Assembly (NCBI GenBank): GCA_036172245.1
Contig: JAYWIR010000069.1
Coordinates: forward strand, 62,001 to 126,000
Reading direction: 5' to 3'
DNA: 64,000 bases
Source: Raillietiella orientalis
Lineage: Eukaryota
Shown here: positions 52,861-64,000 of the stretch, piece by piece
How positions within the stretch are numbered: position 1 is the first letter of the stretch
How the letters are laid out: each line of letters opens with the position of its first letter
Translations under genes and position numbers: made by a program
The notes under the pieces: generated by a model
Seen by the model: only the letters and a program-made list of their open reading frames with translations
The model's database searches: none
What the model was told of the DNA's origin: nothing

Positions 52861-53625
52861 CAGAGGGCGATCCGGAGGAGGTTCTTTTTCCGTTTAATGC
52901 TGCATGGAGGGGAGTTTACAAAAATCAGGGGGGCGAGTAGGGGAGCCACGGACGTGTTTTAGTGATGTGGCACACTGGTGGAAGCCAGAAACCACGGATG
53001 TACGCGTTGACTGACCGGGACTGGAAGTTGATCCTCCGGGGTCATTTCAGTCCGGTCTTCCAAAATGGCACCCAGAAGGCAACAGACGGGAAAACACAGG
53101 ATGGCAGGGAGGGCTGCTAAGCAGATTTTCTTGGTGTCCCACCCGGCTGGGTGAAAGCTCCTGTGCTTCAGATGCTTCCGATGAAGATGCAGGTGGTTTT
53201 CTTTCCATTCTTTTTCTCTCTCCTCCTCACCTCGAGGTCCTGCTGTTGCTAGTAGAAACCGAGCCGTTTGGGGGCAGCGGCAGACTCGCAGTCCCTGGGT
53301 GGACCCTGCAGCTTCCGCGTGTCCTCATCGAGGGAGCAGCACGAAGGTTCTTCGGAATGTTGTGACCTCTATGATGGAATCTGTGACCCTGTGGTTGCGA
53401 CAGAGGACTTCGACCGCATCCATATCGGGAAGGTTGCAGATCCATCCTTCGCTGGGCAGATGCCTGATAAGCAAGAAGAGAAGATGGGTGGAACGGCCTC
53501 AAATTCTCTCCTTCTTAGCCCCCTCCCTCCTCTAAATAGGCGAGAACGATCGGAAGCTGTCGTCGGTGACCAGAAGAGACCATTAGCCGAGGGAGGCGGG
53601 ATGCAGAGCGGAGAAGGCCTTAGTG

Positions 53626-53655
53626 CTTTGATCTTAGCCAAAAGGCCGAGAAGCG
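53626..53655 (-). pseudogene. U2: U2 snRNA 5' fragment (nt 3-32), tailless retropseudogene
   Basis: Minus strand CGCTTCTCGGCCTTTTGGCTAAGATCAAAG. Flanked by GCCTTAGTG(CTT) at 53617-53628 and 53658-53669. Confidence 0.92.
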
Positions 53656-55089
53656 GAGCCTTAGTGCTTCCGCTCTCCCTTCGGCCTCATGCCCAATTTT
53701 CCAAGAACTGTTCTTTTGCCTGCCGTCGCCTATGCAACCGCCCCTCTTCCGTGCCGGACGACGCGAGGAGAGAGAAGGCCGTAGCTGCAGCTCCCAGCTT
53801 CTCCCTTCTTCTCCCCTTCCTTCCCTCTCCCCTAATGCTCAGTTACAAAAAAAATGGGACGCCTTAGGGGAGACTGCCACCCCGCTGGGGGAAAAAGGGA
53901 AGTGCCCAGAGCGCACCTGGCACGAATTTCCCTACGGGCCATCCCGCACATGCAGCTCACTCGATGGGTCCTGGAAGAACATTTAGGTGCTCCAAGCTGC
54001 GGTTTCCTTCTCCGGATCCTCCGAGAAGCTGGAGGAGAACGCGGATGCTCTTTTGGACCACTGCGTCTCGTCCTCCTCCCATCCATTTCTCTTCCTCTTT
54101 TCCTGTTCCCTCGCTTCTTCCTTCACCGGAAACCACGAAGGCCGGGGTTTTCGGCGGGCACTTTGTAGCTGGAAGGCGCATCCCGGCTGAAGCCTCGGGC
54201 AGGGGGAGCAGGCAAGGGCGCAAGGCAGCGTGCGTTTAAGGCGCTGTCGTTTGGTGAGGGAGAGAGAGCGAAGAAACCGACCCACCAGCGACCACGAGGA
54301 TGGAACGCTGACCGAAGTAGACTGCAGATCTCTGTTGACCCTCCTGTGTCCTGCTGGAGCGCGGAAGAAGGCGTTTCTCCAGAAGGAAGGAGGGAAGAGG
54401 GAGGCGAACCCTTCACCCTAGGTCACGCACGCTGTATCGATACGTGGCAATAGCTGGACCCTCCTCTCCCCTTCCAGCCCCATGCAACTTTTTCGCTGCC
54501 GACTCAGTTCACCTCCGAAGTTCCTTCCAGGAGTTTCCACAAGTGATTCTTCTGCGGGTTCGGGAGGCTCGCCCCAGTATGAACCCAGTGGTGCTCCCGA
54601 GATGGCCCTCGGGCGGCGGAGGGACCCGCGGTCCAATGCCCCCTTGGTCCTTCGCTTTTCAGTTTCCCGATTTTCTTACGCGGAGAGGACTTGCACGAGA
54701 CGAGGAGGCGCACGTGTCACGCTTCAGCCTCTTGAGTTTTGAAATACGCGACAGCGCAGGCGAAAGAGCATCAGGGAGTTGTCCAAGGTGGACATCCCTT
54801 CAGCTTTGCGAGTGAGCAGCGTCTCTCCCTCTTCCCGAATCTCTTCCTGAGTTCGCGGGAAGGGTGGTCTCCTTCCTCGCCGGGTGCCTCCGATGCGCAT
54901 GCACGTACCTCCGGAACGAAATCGCCGGCAGCGGTGCGTGGTCCACTGATCGGGCCTTCCCCCTCGGCGGACGCAGACTTCCCTCGATGCCAAAGCCTGA
55001 CGGTCAGCTGCTAGGCGAAGAAAGGAGACGCCGCAAGCCGAGGGAGAGGATGCTCCGCGGCGGCGACCTCGTGCAGTGATGTCATTTCT

Positions 55090-56431
55090 GGGACTGCCGA
55101 TGATCAGCATTCCCTCGCAGGACCAGAGGCAAAGGGGAACGAATGGATAATGTGCAGCTTCGCCAACTCCACCGTATGGCTGGAGGAGACTGCTGGTACG
55201 TGGGCGAAGTTAAACCAGTGGAGAATCCTGGAACCGCCTGCGTCTCGGCATCTACACCCGCTGCACGCTGCGGAACATGATCGAGTGTCCCGCCAGAAGC
55301 ACGTGGGTGGAGACGACCCCACTGGCCACGGCGCTGCCCTTCCTAAGAAGGGCGCTTCATAACAGCCGGAAGCCGAGGTGGCAAGTCACCTGCCGGATAG
55401 CGGGCAAGGAGAAGGAGTTAAGTGGATGGACCATGAGGGAACTGGCTGACGCCGCGACCCCAAGCGTTCTCCCGCGAGGAATCCAGAGATGGGGCGAGCT
55501 GCTTGGCATCCCGCAGGATGACCTAAAGTGGCCCCTGTTATTTAGAGACACATCTACCCTCCCCTTCAAGTGGCAGGAAACGGCGCTGCTGTTGTTGCAC
55601 TGTGGTCTTCCCTGCAACGCGCGCCGCCACCACTGGACGTTGGGGAACGTGGGACAGAACTGTGCAGTGTGAGGGGAGAAGGGATCCCTCCCCCATCTGT
55701 TAGTGGACTGCGCTGCCCTCCGGACCTTGTGGGAACGTTTTGCTACGACCCTCCCTATGCCGGTCGGCAGCACCCCCAGAGACGTAGTGAGACTCCTCTT
55801 CGTGCGAGACGCCCTGCAACCAGCCTCAACCCTGGCAGAGCGGGGAAGAGTGAATCCTGAGTGTGCCAGGTGTGGGGAGCGGGAATGTCTCCCCCACCTT
55901 ATAGTTGACTGCGCTGCCCTCCAGCTTCCGTGGGAACGTCTCGGAACGACCCTTGGGATACCGGTTGGCGGCAACCCCAGAGATGTTTACAGTCCTCTCT
56001 TCGTGCGGGACGCCCTGAGGCCAGCCGCAGCCCTGGCAGCACTTTGCTGCATCTGTGGGATTGTGGCGGCCTGGAGTGAAGCCGAAGATGAAGATGCCAA
56101 CGAAAGGGACGTCATCCCGTATGCTGTTCGCTTCCTGCAGAGAGCTACCGGATGGCCCCGGCTGGGTGGATTAAAGGAGGACCTCGAGGGAATCCTGTAG
56201 AGAATGGACCCTCCTCCTGGTGGGCAGTGATCCCTTCCCCTCCCTCCAGAAACTTTTTTTTCGATTATTGTTTTATTTTTATCTTTTTGTTTCCCCCCCC
56301 CCCTCCCCTTCCACTGATGAGGAGAGTCACGCTGGTCTGCGTACCGGTGTCCCGTCAGGTCCGGCGAGATGTTGGCCGTTATTGGGGTCTTGTACCACGT
56401 ATTGTATTGATCATGGAAGAGTTTGAATAAA
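55090..56431 (+). mobile_element. Best-preserved L1/Tx1-like LINE 3' fragment (ORF2 C-terminus with doubled zf-RVT/CCHC)
   Basis: One frame from 55277 to 56200 with a single TGA. LPFKWQETALLLLHCGLPCNARR...CARCGERECLPHLIVDC. T-rich UTR, AATAAA at 56426. Confidence 0.85.
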
Positions 56432-58429
56432 CGTCCTGGCGTATCCGGGTAGCATCGCAGGACCGGAGAGCCATCCGCGCCCACAGTCGCTCGGAACGAA
56501 GAGGTCCATCTGGCCGCATCCTTTTGCACCGAGGTGTCGAGAATGCTTTGGGGTCCTCGAACCTCCTCTCCGCGGAACGAGATTATCATTCCCCTCCTCC
56601 CCGTGCATTTCTCCACGAGGTGCTCTCGATCTCATTTCCATGGCTCCAGCTGCTTGGAACAAACTAGCGATTCCGGAGAGGTGCGCGGTAGATTCAAGAA
56701 CTGCCTGCCGTTCTTTCATTTCGCGGTCGAAGGACGGCAGCCGCCGTTTCCTTGACAACCACGGGTTCAGGAAACAGGTTCTCCAGACGCATTCTTATCT
56801 CTCCTCCAGGCTTCCAGATAGCGGGATGAACGATGATTCTAGCGTGAGTCCAGGAATTCCAGAGTCAGGTTTTGATTCACAGATCTGGACCAGACGGTGC
56901 ATCCCGGGTCAGACGATTTACTTCAGGCAGGGTTTTCACCTCGGGATGTCCAATCGAGCATCTTGACGGAAGTCAGCTACTGCGAAAAAGCCTTGGCAAC
57001 CCGAAGGATACAAATAATCCTCTCGGAAGAAGAATCTTACCGCCTGCCCGCTCCGGAAGCTCCGATGTGGATTAGGGACGTTTCAGTAGGAGCGGTCCGG
57101 TTCGCCAAGCGGCCGAGAGTCTGTCTGCTCGGATGGAGGAGATTCGGAACGATCTGCTGATTCCCGTGTGTGTGTTTCCCCCTCTCCTCCTCCCCCTCCC
57201 CCCTGTCTTCCCCAGTCTCCTGCGCAGGCGCTGACCGGAGAAGCGCTGCCACAAAGCCGCCGCCGCCGCCGCCGCGCGCGCGCGCGGGCTGCCGGGAAGA
57301 CTCCACGTCCGAGGAGATTCGCTCCTCGTGCGCGTGCGCCGGAAGGGTTCCGTTCGGCTAGCGGCGCAGGGTCGAAGAACCCCCACCACTTGTGCGGTCC
57401 GACCCTCTGAGTCAGATCGCCGCCTCCGCGGTCGAACGTTCCAGGCCCTTCTAGACCCAGAGCTCAGGTCGGCCACCTCCCACCTGCTGGTAGATGGAAG
57501 GAAATGACAGAACGTCTTCTCGACATGGCGGCGGGAAGACTGCAGTGACCTGCAGTGAAGGCTGTGCTGCGAATGGAAGGGCGTTTCGTCCTCGCTCTTG
57601 CCCGCGTTGACCCTCTAATCCGTGAGATCCATGGGAGCAGATGTGATTTGAGTTTTTCCTCTATTTTTTTTGCTCCCCGTGGGAGCCGCGCCGTGTCCTC
57701 AGATGCTGGAGGCTTCGATGCCTCTTCCTGGGTTCGGACGGAGTCATCCGAGCCGCACGCATCCCCCCTCCCCTCCGACTACTCCTGGAAGAGTTCCAGA
57801 AGAGCTCGCGAGGTCACGACGCCGAGACCAAAGTCTGGAGAGCGCGCCGGAGGCGGAGCTTTTTTCGGGCCTCTCCGGAGCAGCCGCACGGTGGCGACGC
57901 CTTCCGACGGCTTGCGCGATCTTCCGCGATCCTCCTGGAAGGCGGGATCTTCGCGATCGGACGGTGGTCCGTGAGATGATCGGGAGCGGCGAGTACCGTC
58001 GAAAGCGAGGAAGAATAGCTCCTCATCAAAATGCTACCTCTGATGGATCCATCCCGAGGAAAAACGCACTGCCTCGCGCACGACTTGCGAGGAAACGCGA
58101 CGTTCGCCCCCACAGGGAGAGATCGTCCCTCGAGACGTGCCATGGAAGCTACAGAGCGGGCTAGCTTCCTGGCAACGCAGTCCCTCCGGCACAGCGGAGG
58201 CTGCCGGCGGATGATCGTGTGGACCTCGAAGATGGGAATTGCACTCGCCATGCCGTCGGGCAAATGCGAAGGGAACGCGACTCCAGAAAAAAGGAAGGCA
58301 GCAGAGGGAGGACAAACAGAAACACGGGGTCCTGCCCACCATAGTGGAGGAAAGATGGCCGCTCGCCCACCGCCTTATCCGTAAGACAGGCCCGAGAAGA
58401 TTTAAACCCGATGATACCGGGGCGTTTAT

Positions 58430-59040
58430 TTCGAAAGAAAAAAACCAAACAAACTACGAGGAAGTGGGGAAGAAGGGTGTCCCCTCGAAAAAACAGGAAA
58501 TGCTCCCCCGAAAAAAGAAGTTCCAAAGGGTGACCACCGGCACGCAGGCCGGCTTCCAAGAGGTAAGGAATGGAGGAAGGAGACAATAAGTAAATAAAAA
58601 AGAGACGGAAGGGTAAGGACTGTGGTCTTTCGTTGAAGATGTTCCTTTTTTTCTAGAAGTGACTCTGGACGGTGGCGATCTCCCTGGCATTCTCCTGGAG
58701 GTTGAGGCCACCTTGCTGCGGTCCTCATGGTGACTCCCCTCGGCCGCGAAACTGACTCCAGAACATGGCGGGCTGTCACCGTGACGCAGACGCAACTGAC
58801 TGTCGCCATTACAGCGCCCTTCAGTCCGCTTACTGAGAAGAATCGTCGCAGCAAGTCCGTTTGCGGTGTCCTGCGGTCGACGGAGCGCGCCGAAGGAGCC
58901 TCCGCCACAAACCCTCGAGGGCACCGCAGTCCAACAAAGGCCCGAGGGGGCAGAGCACGCTGCTCCAAGAAGCCTTCCGGCAGGGACCTCCACGCTCGCC
59001 ATCCGGTGAATTGCATGAACGGCCATGTCCGCTGAAGTAG
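58430..59040 (-). mobile_element. L1/Tx1-like LINE 3' fragment, same subfamily as 10121-11205
   Basis: MRTAARWPQP, and 3' UTR blocks colinear with 16385-16650. Confidence 0.7.
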
Positions 59041-59872
59041 CGTCTTCGCCGGAGGTGCACCGGGTAATGGACGTCGCTGTCCATCTGTCGTCCTCGTTCC
59101 CTCGGAAGATTATCTTCTTTCCCTAGAAAGACGTCGGTGGGGGCTGGTCGAGCCACTACGAGGCAGCTGCCCTGGTGTGAGGGTCGCGCGCCCTCAGAGT
59201 TGTCCGGAGGTCTCGTCTTTCCTTCCGCCTTTCCCAAGAGGTTCCCGAGGAGAGGCGCGAAAGCTCTCCTCGATTGGCATGGTCGTCTCCTCCAAGGAGA
59301 GCGGGGAATGGGAGGAGGAGGGAGGGAGGGAAGAAGGGAGGCAATGACGACCATCTGCAGCCACGCTCCCCCGCAGCGCCAAGTTGGGGCGCGCGCCGTT
59401 TGGTTCTGCTCCGGAAGCTGTCAAAGAAATTCCTCAGAAGTTTTCCGATTTCCATCTCGTGACGCGGGAGAACCCGATGATCGATGCTGCCGGAGTCGGA
59501 AGAGCTCGGAGGAGACGAGTTTTCCGCTTCCCACGTCGGAATCTCTTCCGGGACCACTCTCGCCGCTGGGAGCCGTCCGCTCACGGACGCGCTGCTCATC
59601 TTCGGCGCCGATCCAGCGGCGGTGGGAAAGGGGGGAAGCTGCGGCGGAACCCGAGGGCAGGCGCCCGTTTCCAGGACGAAAGCATCCCTGTGGAGATAAC
59701 AGCGGAAGGCGCGCCGAATGCAGGGATGATATGGACGCCACGTGGGGCGAGCCAGCGCTCTGCTTTCCCTCCGAGGAAGGTTCGGTTTGTTGCCTTCACA
59801 TTACGCTGCTGCATGCCCCGTAACAGCGGGAAACGCTGCAGCCCCTGTTGGGATGTGTTCTGGAACACGCGT

Positions 59873-60379
59873 TGGCGATCGTGTGGCCGCGGCTCTCCGC
59901 GCGCGCGCGAGACACCGCCAGGCATCGCGGGTTCGAATCCCACCCGGGGAAGGGTCGACGCCAAGAAATGGGTGCGTCGTGGGTATTCGAATGCCCTCCA
60001 TAACGCTGTTTGGCTTCTTCGGGTGCAGCACTGGTGGAAGCCGACATCCCCCGTCGACTGGCCGGGGCTAGAAGTGGAGCCTCTTAGGTCCTTCCAAGAC
60101 ATCGAGGAGCTCTACGGGGTTTCCCTCCGGTTGTGAAGATGGATCGGTCGTCTCTTCTGCGTGGGGAACCCTCCATCTCGTACCATGGATATGGTCGACT
60201 GATAACCTTCCAGAGAGTGAAGAAGTGCGCTGCCTTTCGGGGAGAGGTCCTCCAGAGAAAAGCGGGAAGCATCCCTTCAGGGTTCCCTTCGGAGATAACC
60301 AAGACGAGGGTTCCCTCAGGGATTCTCTCACAAGCGTGAGGGGAATAGACTCCTCTCCCCAGAGACTTTCCCGGATTCA
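59873..60379 (+). mobile_element. tRNA-derived SINE, near full length
   Basis: TGGCCGCGG A-box-like at 59884, GGTTCGAATCCC at 59930-59941. Body colinear with 23325-23877. Confidence 0.65.
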
Positions 60380-60659
60380 TGGGGTGGTTCCCTTTTGGGG
60401 TACCTCCTAACTTGAAGATTCAACACGCACCCTTGGGTGACGTGGACAGAGTGAAAGAGCTCCGTGACCTCCTCCCTAGGGAGGCGAGCGGTTCTTCAGC
60501 ACTTGACGAACCAAGAAAAAAAAAGAACTTCCCCCCCCCCCCCCCCCCCAAAAAAAAAAGGTGGAAGAAAAACAGCGAAATCAGTAGAGAATCCCTCAAA
60601 GGATTCCCATCATTCCTCCATTTTTCTCGCCACAAAAAGAACAAGTGCTCCCTAAGGGA

Positions 60660-61551
60660 CGCGAGGGACAGCGTGATCCCGGTAAGGTGGAAGGCGACAT
60701 GCTGCATGGCAGCAAAGACGACGCCTCTGGAAGAGTGGAAAATTTTGGAATTGACGCACTCTGCGACCCCGAGTGTTCCACCCCACTGTCGTGTACGCTG
60801 GGGAGAGCTGCTCGACATCCCTTTGAAGGAGGTGAAGCGGACCCAGCGTGCTGGAACAGTGCAATCGCACCCATCCCCTCAAATGGCAGGAGACGGCGTT
60901 GCTGGTGGTGCATGGAGAAATCCCGTGCAAAGCGCGCCTTTACCACTGGACACGGAGGAGCGTGGACGCTCAGTGAAACAAGTGCAGAACCCTTCCTTGC
61001 CTGCTGTTGTACTGTACTGTCCTCCGACCACTTTGGGATTGCCTCGCGACGATCCTTGGAGTCCCGGAGGGCGGTCCCCCAGGGACATTTTCAGACACGT
61101 CTTCGAGCGTGGTGCCGCACTGCCGTCAGCCACTCCCCTAGCAGTTCTCTGCTGTGTCCGCGGAATCGTGGAAGCCTGGAACGCAGGAAGAGTCCAGGAT
61201 GGCAGGGACTCTATCTAATTGGCGCGGATCTTCCTGAAGACCGTCTCGAGATGGTCCCAGCTGGACGGGACACCGACAGAACTTTCCAGCATCCGGAACG
61301 GGATATGTAGGACGCCGGACATCGTACCGTGATCCCTTACTGGGTTTCCCCCTCTTCCCCCTTCCGCGTGTATAATTTCCCCTCTTCTGCTTTGCTTGCT
61401 TACTTTTTTTTTGTTGTTTTTGTTTTCCCCTCCCCCACGCTGCCGAAGAGGACCTCGGCGGTGCGTGCACCGCTCTTCGGCAGGTTCATTGAGCGTGATA
61501 GAACTAACGGTTCTACCACAAAAATGTATTTTGATTTCTATACGTAATAAA
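60660..61551 (+). mobile_element. L1/Tx1-like LINE 3' fragment
   Basis: ELTHSATPSVP..RWGELLDIP and LAVLCCVRGIVEAWN are homologous to 55277-56200. AATAAA at 61546. Confidence 0.8.
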
Positions 61552-64000
61552 TGCCCCGGGCATCACCGAGTGACAATCAATCCCCGCATGCCATCTTCAC
61601 CTCTGCTTGTTATGCGGCGCATACAGCTGCCCGGGAAAAGTCCGCACTGGGATTTCCGTTCCTCTTTCACCGCCCGTCCAGTCAAATACCACCTGCAGGC
61701 TCACCCAAACAGTTGAGCGCCCGCGCTCCCCTACTAATCACGGGGAGCAGAGCACTCCCAAGGGGGAAAGCATCTCATCTTTTTTGAGAATGCTCTCTTC
61801 GACAGATCAACTCTACGAAAGAGCTCTCCAGCAATTCAGTGGAGGCTGTGAGCAATTCAACCCATTCTTCCTACAGGGGGCTCGATTTCCGATTCTGTTC
61901 TCTGGAGAGGCCGTGTTCACGACTCCAGGAGCTTCCGATGGGCTCTTGTGGACCTCAGAAGCGGTGGGTAAGACTGCGCTTGATGAATGCCGACGGTCAC
62001 ACCGAACTGAGGATGAAAAGTTTCTCAGGGCCTCCCTAACATCTGTGGTCTGGCAGGTGCCAGACCACAGATGCAGAGTCACCCGAAATTCCAATGAAAT
62101 TTCACTCCTTCGTCAACGGGAACGGCAACAGAGTGCAGGTTCTTTCGGCGAGTCAAGATCCCGGAGAGGTTTATCCAATACTGTCTGCTTCCTGGGCTCA
62201 GTTGGACAAGAGCAACAAGGGCTGATTGGTGGAACACTCCGGGAGAATTCAGCTTCGTTGCTTCTAGAAGTTTTAGAGCTGAAGGTGAAAGACCTTACAT
62301 GCAGATGAAAGGAGAGTTTCAGAGAGGATTCTGCTGAGGTTTGTTGCAAGGTGTTTTTCGGGAGCACCGATTTCTTCTGGAATCGATCTTTCTCGTCCTG
62401 AATCTTGGGACCAGTTCGTCCCATCTAGTCAAAAAATAAGAATGCGGGGAACCGTTTTGCTCATGGATCCACCGGAGAGTCCCTCTCGGTCGAGTGGAGT
62501 GCGGATGGAATGATCAATCAAAAAGTGAGGCGGAATCCACCTGGAATTGCTGCTTCCCCTGCCTCTGTTACTGACCTAAGATAGGCGGACGATGAGACGG
62601 AGGCTGCGCTGTCTGACGACAACACCTGAGACCCCTTCCGGATTTTTTCATCTGAGGGAGAGCAGCCACCCCAGGAGGGCCGCATCTAAGCAAGGTCAAA
62701 GGGTGTCCCGAGTTCAGTGGAGGTGTTTGTTTTGATCAGGACAAGCACAATCGCTCGCGCACACCCATGGTCGAGGGCGCAGCCTCCGGGGCCCGAGGGA
62801 GAGAAGACACGCTCTGCCTTGCTGCCGTCTTGCATACTAGGAGTTCGCTGGGAAGAACCAGAGCAATTCCCTTTCTTGAGGATTCGCAGGACGGTTGCTT
62901 CGAGATCCTCCACGAGCCAGATTGCAGCGCTCGTAGCGCAGTGGCAGAAGGAAGTGGAGGAACAAGGACCTAGAGTGCTGTTTCTTGAGAGTGCAGATCC
63001 TTGGGATTCGCAAGGACGCTTTCCTCTACAGTCTGCAAACCCCTTCATTCCCAAGTACTTCCCTTCCTGGTTGCATTGTCCTCCGCTGGGCAGCACGTTT
63101 TGTGAGGAATCTATTCAGGATTCTGGATCCTTCTTTCTCTCGGGATGGATAGGGCAGGAATTCAACGAAGGACGTGGACGAAAATCCAGATCACACTGTA
63201 ATTTGTCCAGGATCTTCGATGGTGACCCACACTTCATGAGGAGGGGATCCCTCTGTATAGATCTAGTTGCTCCGCACTCCTTGCTGAGATGTGTTCTTGC
63301 TCAGCGGACGGTGAGAAAATCCACAGGTGCCTCCCCAGCTACTGGTCGCCTCGGGAAATCACAGAGGTCCTCTGCGTGAGGCACGAGCCGTATTTGAACC
63401 TGACGGCCTTCCCAAGGACGATGCATCCCGGCGGACACTGCCGGGATGTCCACCACCTCGTCAGTAGGGTCTACCCTGCAAAAGTGGTTGTTTTCTCGGC
63501 GAGCGAGCTCAAACTGTGCGTGACGTCATGCGGGCACTCCACCTCACTTAGAGCCTTGCCAAGGCTCCCAACAGGACACCTGCACGAGATCCAAACAGTC
63601 TGCAGCTTCTTCACCCTAGGATAGGTTGGAACGATGAAAAAAAAAAAGACGAAGCACGGAATCTGGAGGAGATGCAGAAGTGTCAGACTTCCGGGCAGCA
63701 GGAGGCGGGAAGAGGCTGCAGCTTCTCCAAGAATGAATCCTTCTCTTCCAGAAGGAAGATGAGGGCGTTTCCGGGTGCGATGGGCATCCACAGGAGCAGC
63801 CAACTCGAGATCGAAGTCCCCGTTAGCCACTGCTCTCTGAGCCCAGCTGCCAGCCTGGACTCTCATCATCTCCCGATTCGGGGCGACTCGAGGACAACTT
63901 CGGAAGCTGTCGCCGGAGTCACTCTGGAGGCAGAAGGAAAAGGCGGTGGAAGGCACAGAGAGGTAAGAAGGGGGACCAGCTGGAATCGATCAATACGGGC

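Noticed and set aside
53463..53475. Possible downstream U2 remainder (CTTATCAG on the minus strand) near the second U2 fragment
   Set aside because: Only an 8-nt match, and the TSD already explains the fragment boundaries.
55661..55672. CxxU selenocysteine reading of the TGA, with ATGA at 56317 as a SECIS
   Set aside because: The TGA replaces a zinc-knuckle Cys in a decaying retroelement, and the 3' structure lacks the apical AA and GA-quartet spacing of a SECIS.
56314..56360. Hammerhead ribozyme at CTGATGA (also at 5302, 5945 and 43420)
   Set aside because: No correctly placed stem II plus GAAA core, and homologous UTR copies do not keep CTGATGA.
59873..59950. Functional tRNA gene
   Set aside because: It has a B box but no full cloverleaf or T-run terminator, and it continues into a repeated body, so it is called a SINE head.
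10121..61551. Strictly alternating orientation of the seven L1/Tx1-like fragments
   Set aside because: Small sample, noticed post hoc, and one pair is not independent.
1..64000. CRISPR array, rRNA or prokaryotic operon
   Set aside because: No regularly spaced repeats or rRNA motifs were seen, and the sequence has spliceosomal introns and eukaryotic transposons.

Overview
Eukaryotic, most likely arthropod, genomic DNA: GC-rich, repeat-dense and with spliceosomal introns. I found one convincing host gene, a + strand Dpr-family (defective proboscis extension response) two-Ig, GPI-anchor-type cell-surface protein. Its exons lie at about 34003/34063-34355, 37590-37800, 38814-39128 and 39315-39472, giving about 327 aa, with the N-terminus uncertain. 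Most other sequence is decayed mobile DNA: NeSL/Utopia-like RLE non-LTR remnants, about seven 3' fragments of an L1/Tx1-like LINE, a tRNA-headed SINE family, a mariner-derived foldback element and a probable Ty3/gypsy pol remnant. Most ORFs in the track look like GC-rich noise. Four observations stand out. (1) Two 30-31 nt U2 snRNA 5' fragments are each flanked by their own target-site duplication. (2) A >99% identical 1.5-kb inverted duplication 40 kb apart has flanks suggesting a staggered-break inversion that carries the dpr gene and split a retroelement. (3) A 1-kb inverted copy of a dead LINE is inserted with a 13-bp TSD. (4) A covarying stem-loop is conserved in the LINE 3' UTRs. All family assignments come from visual motif recognition; no searches were run.
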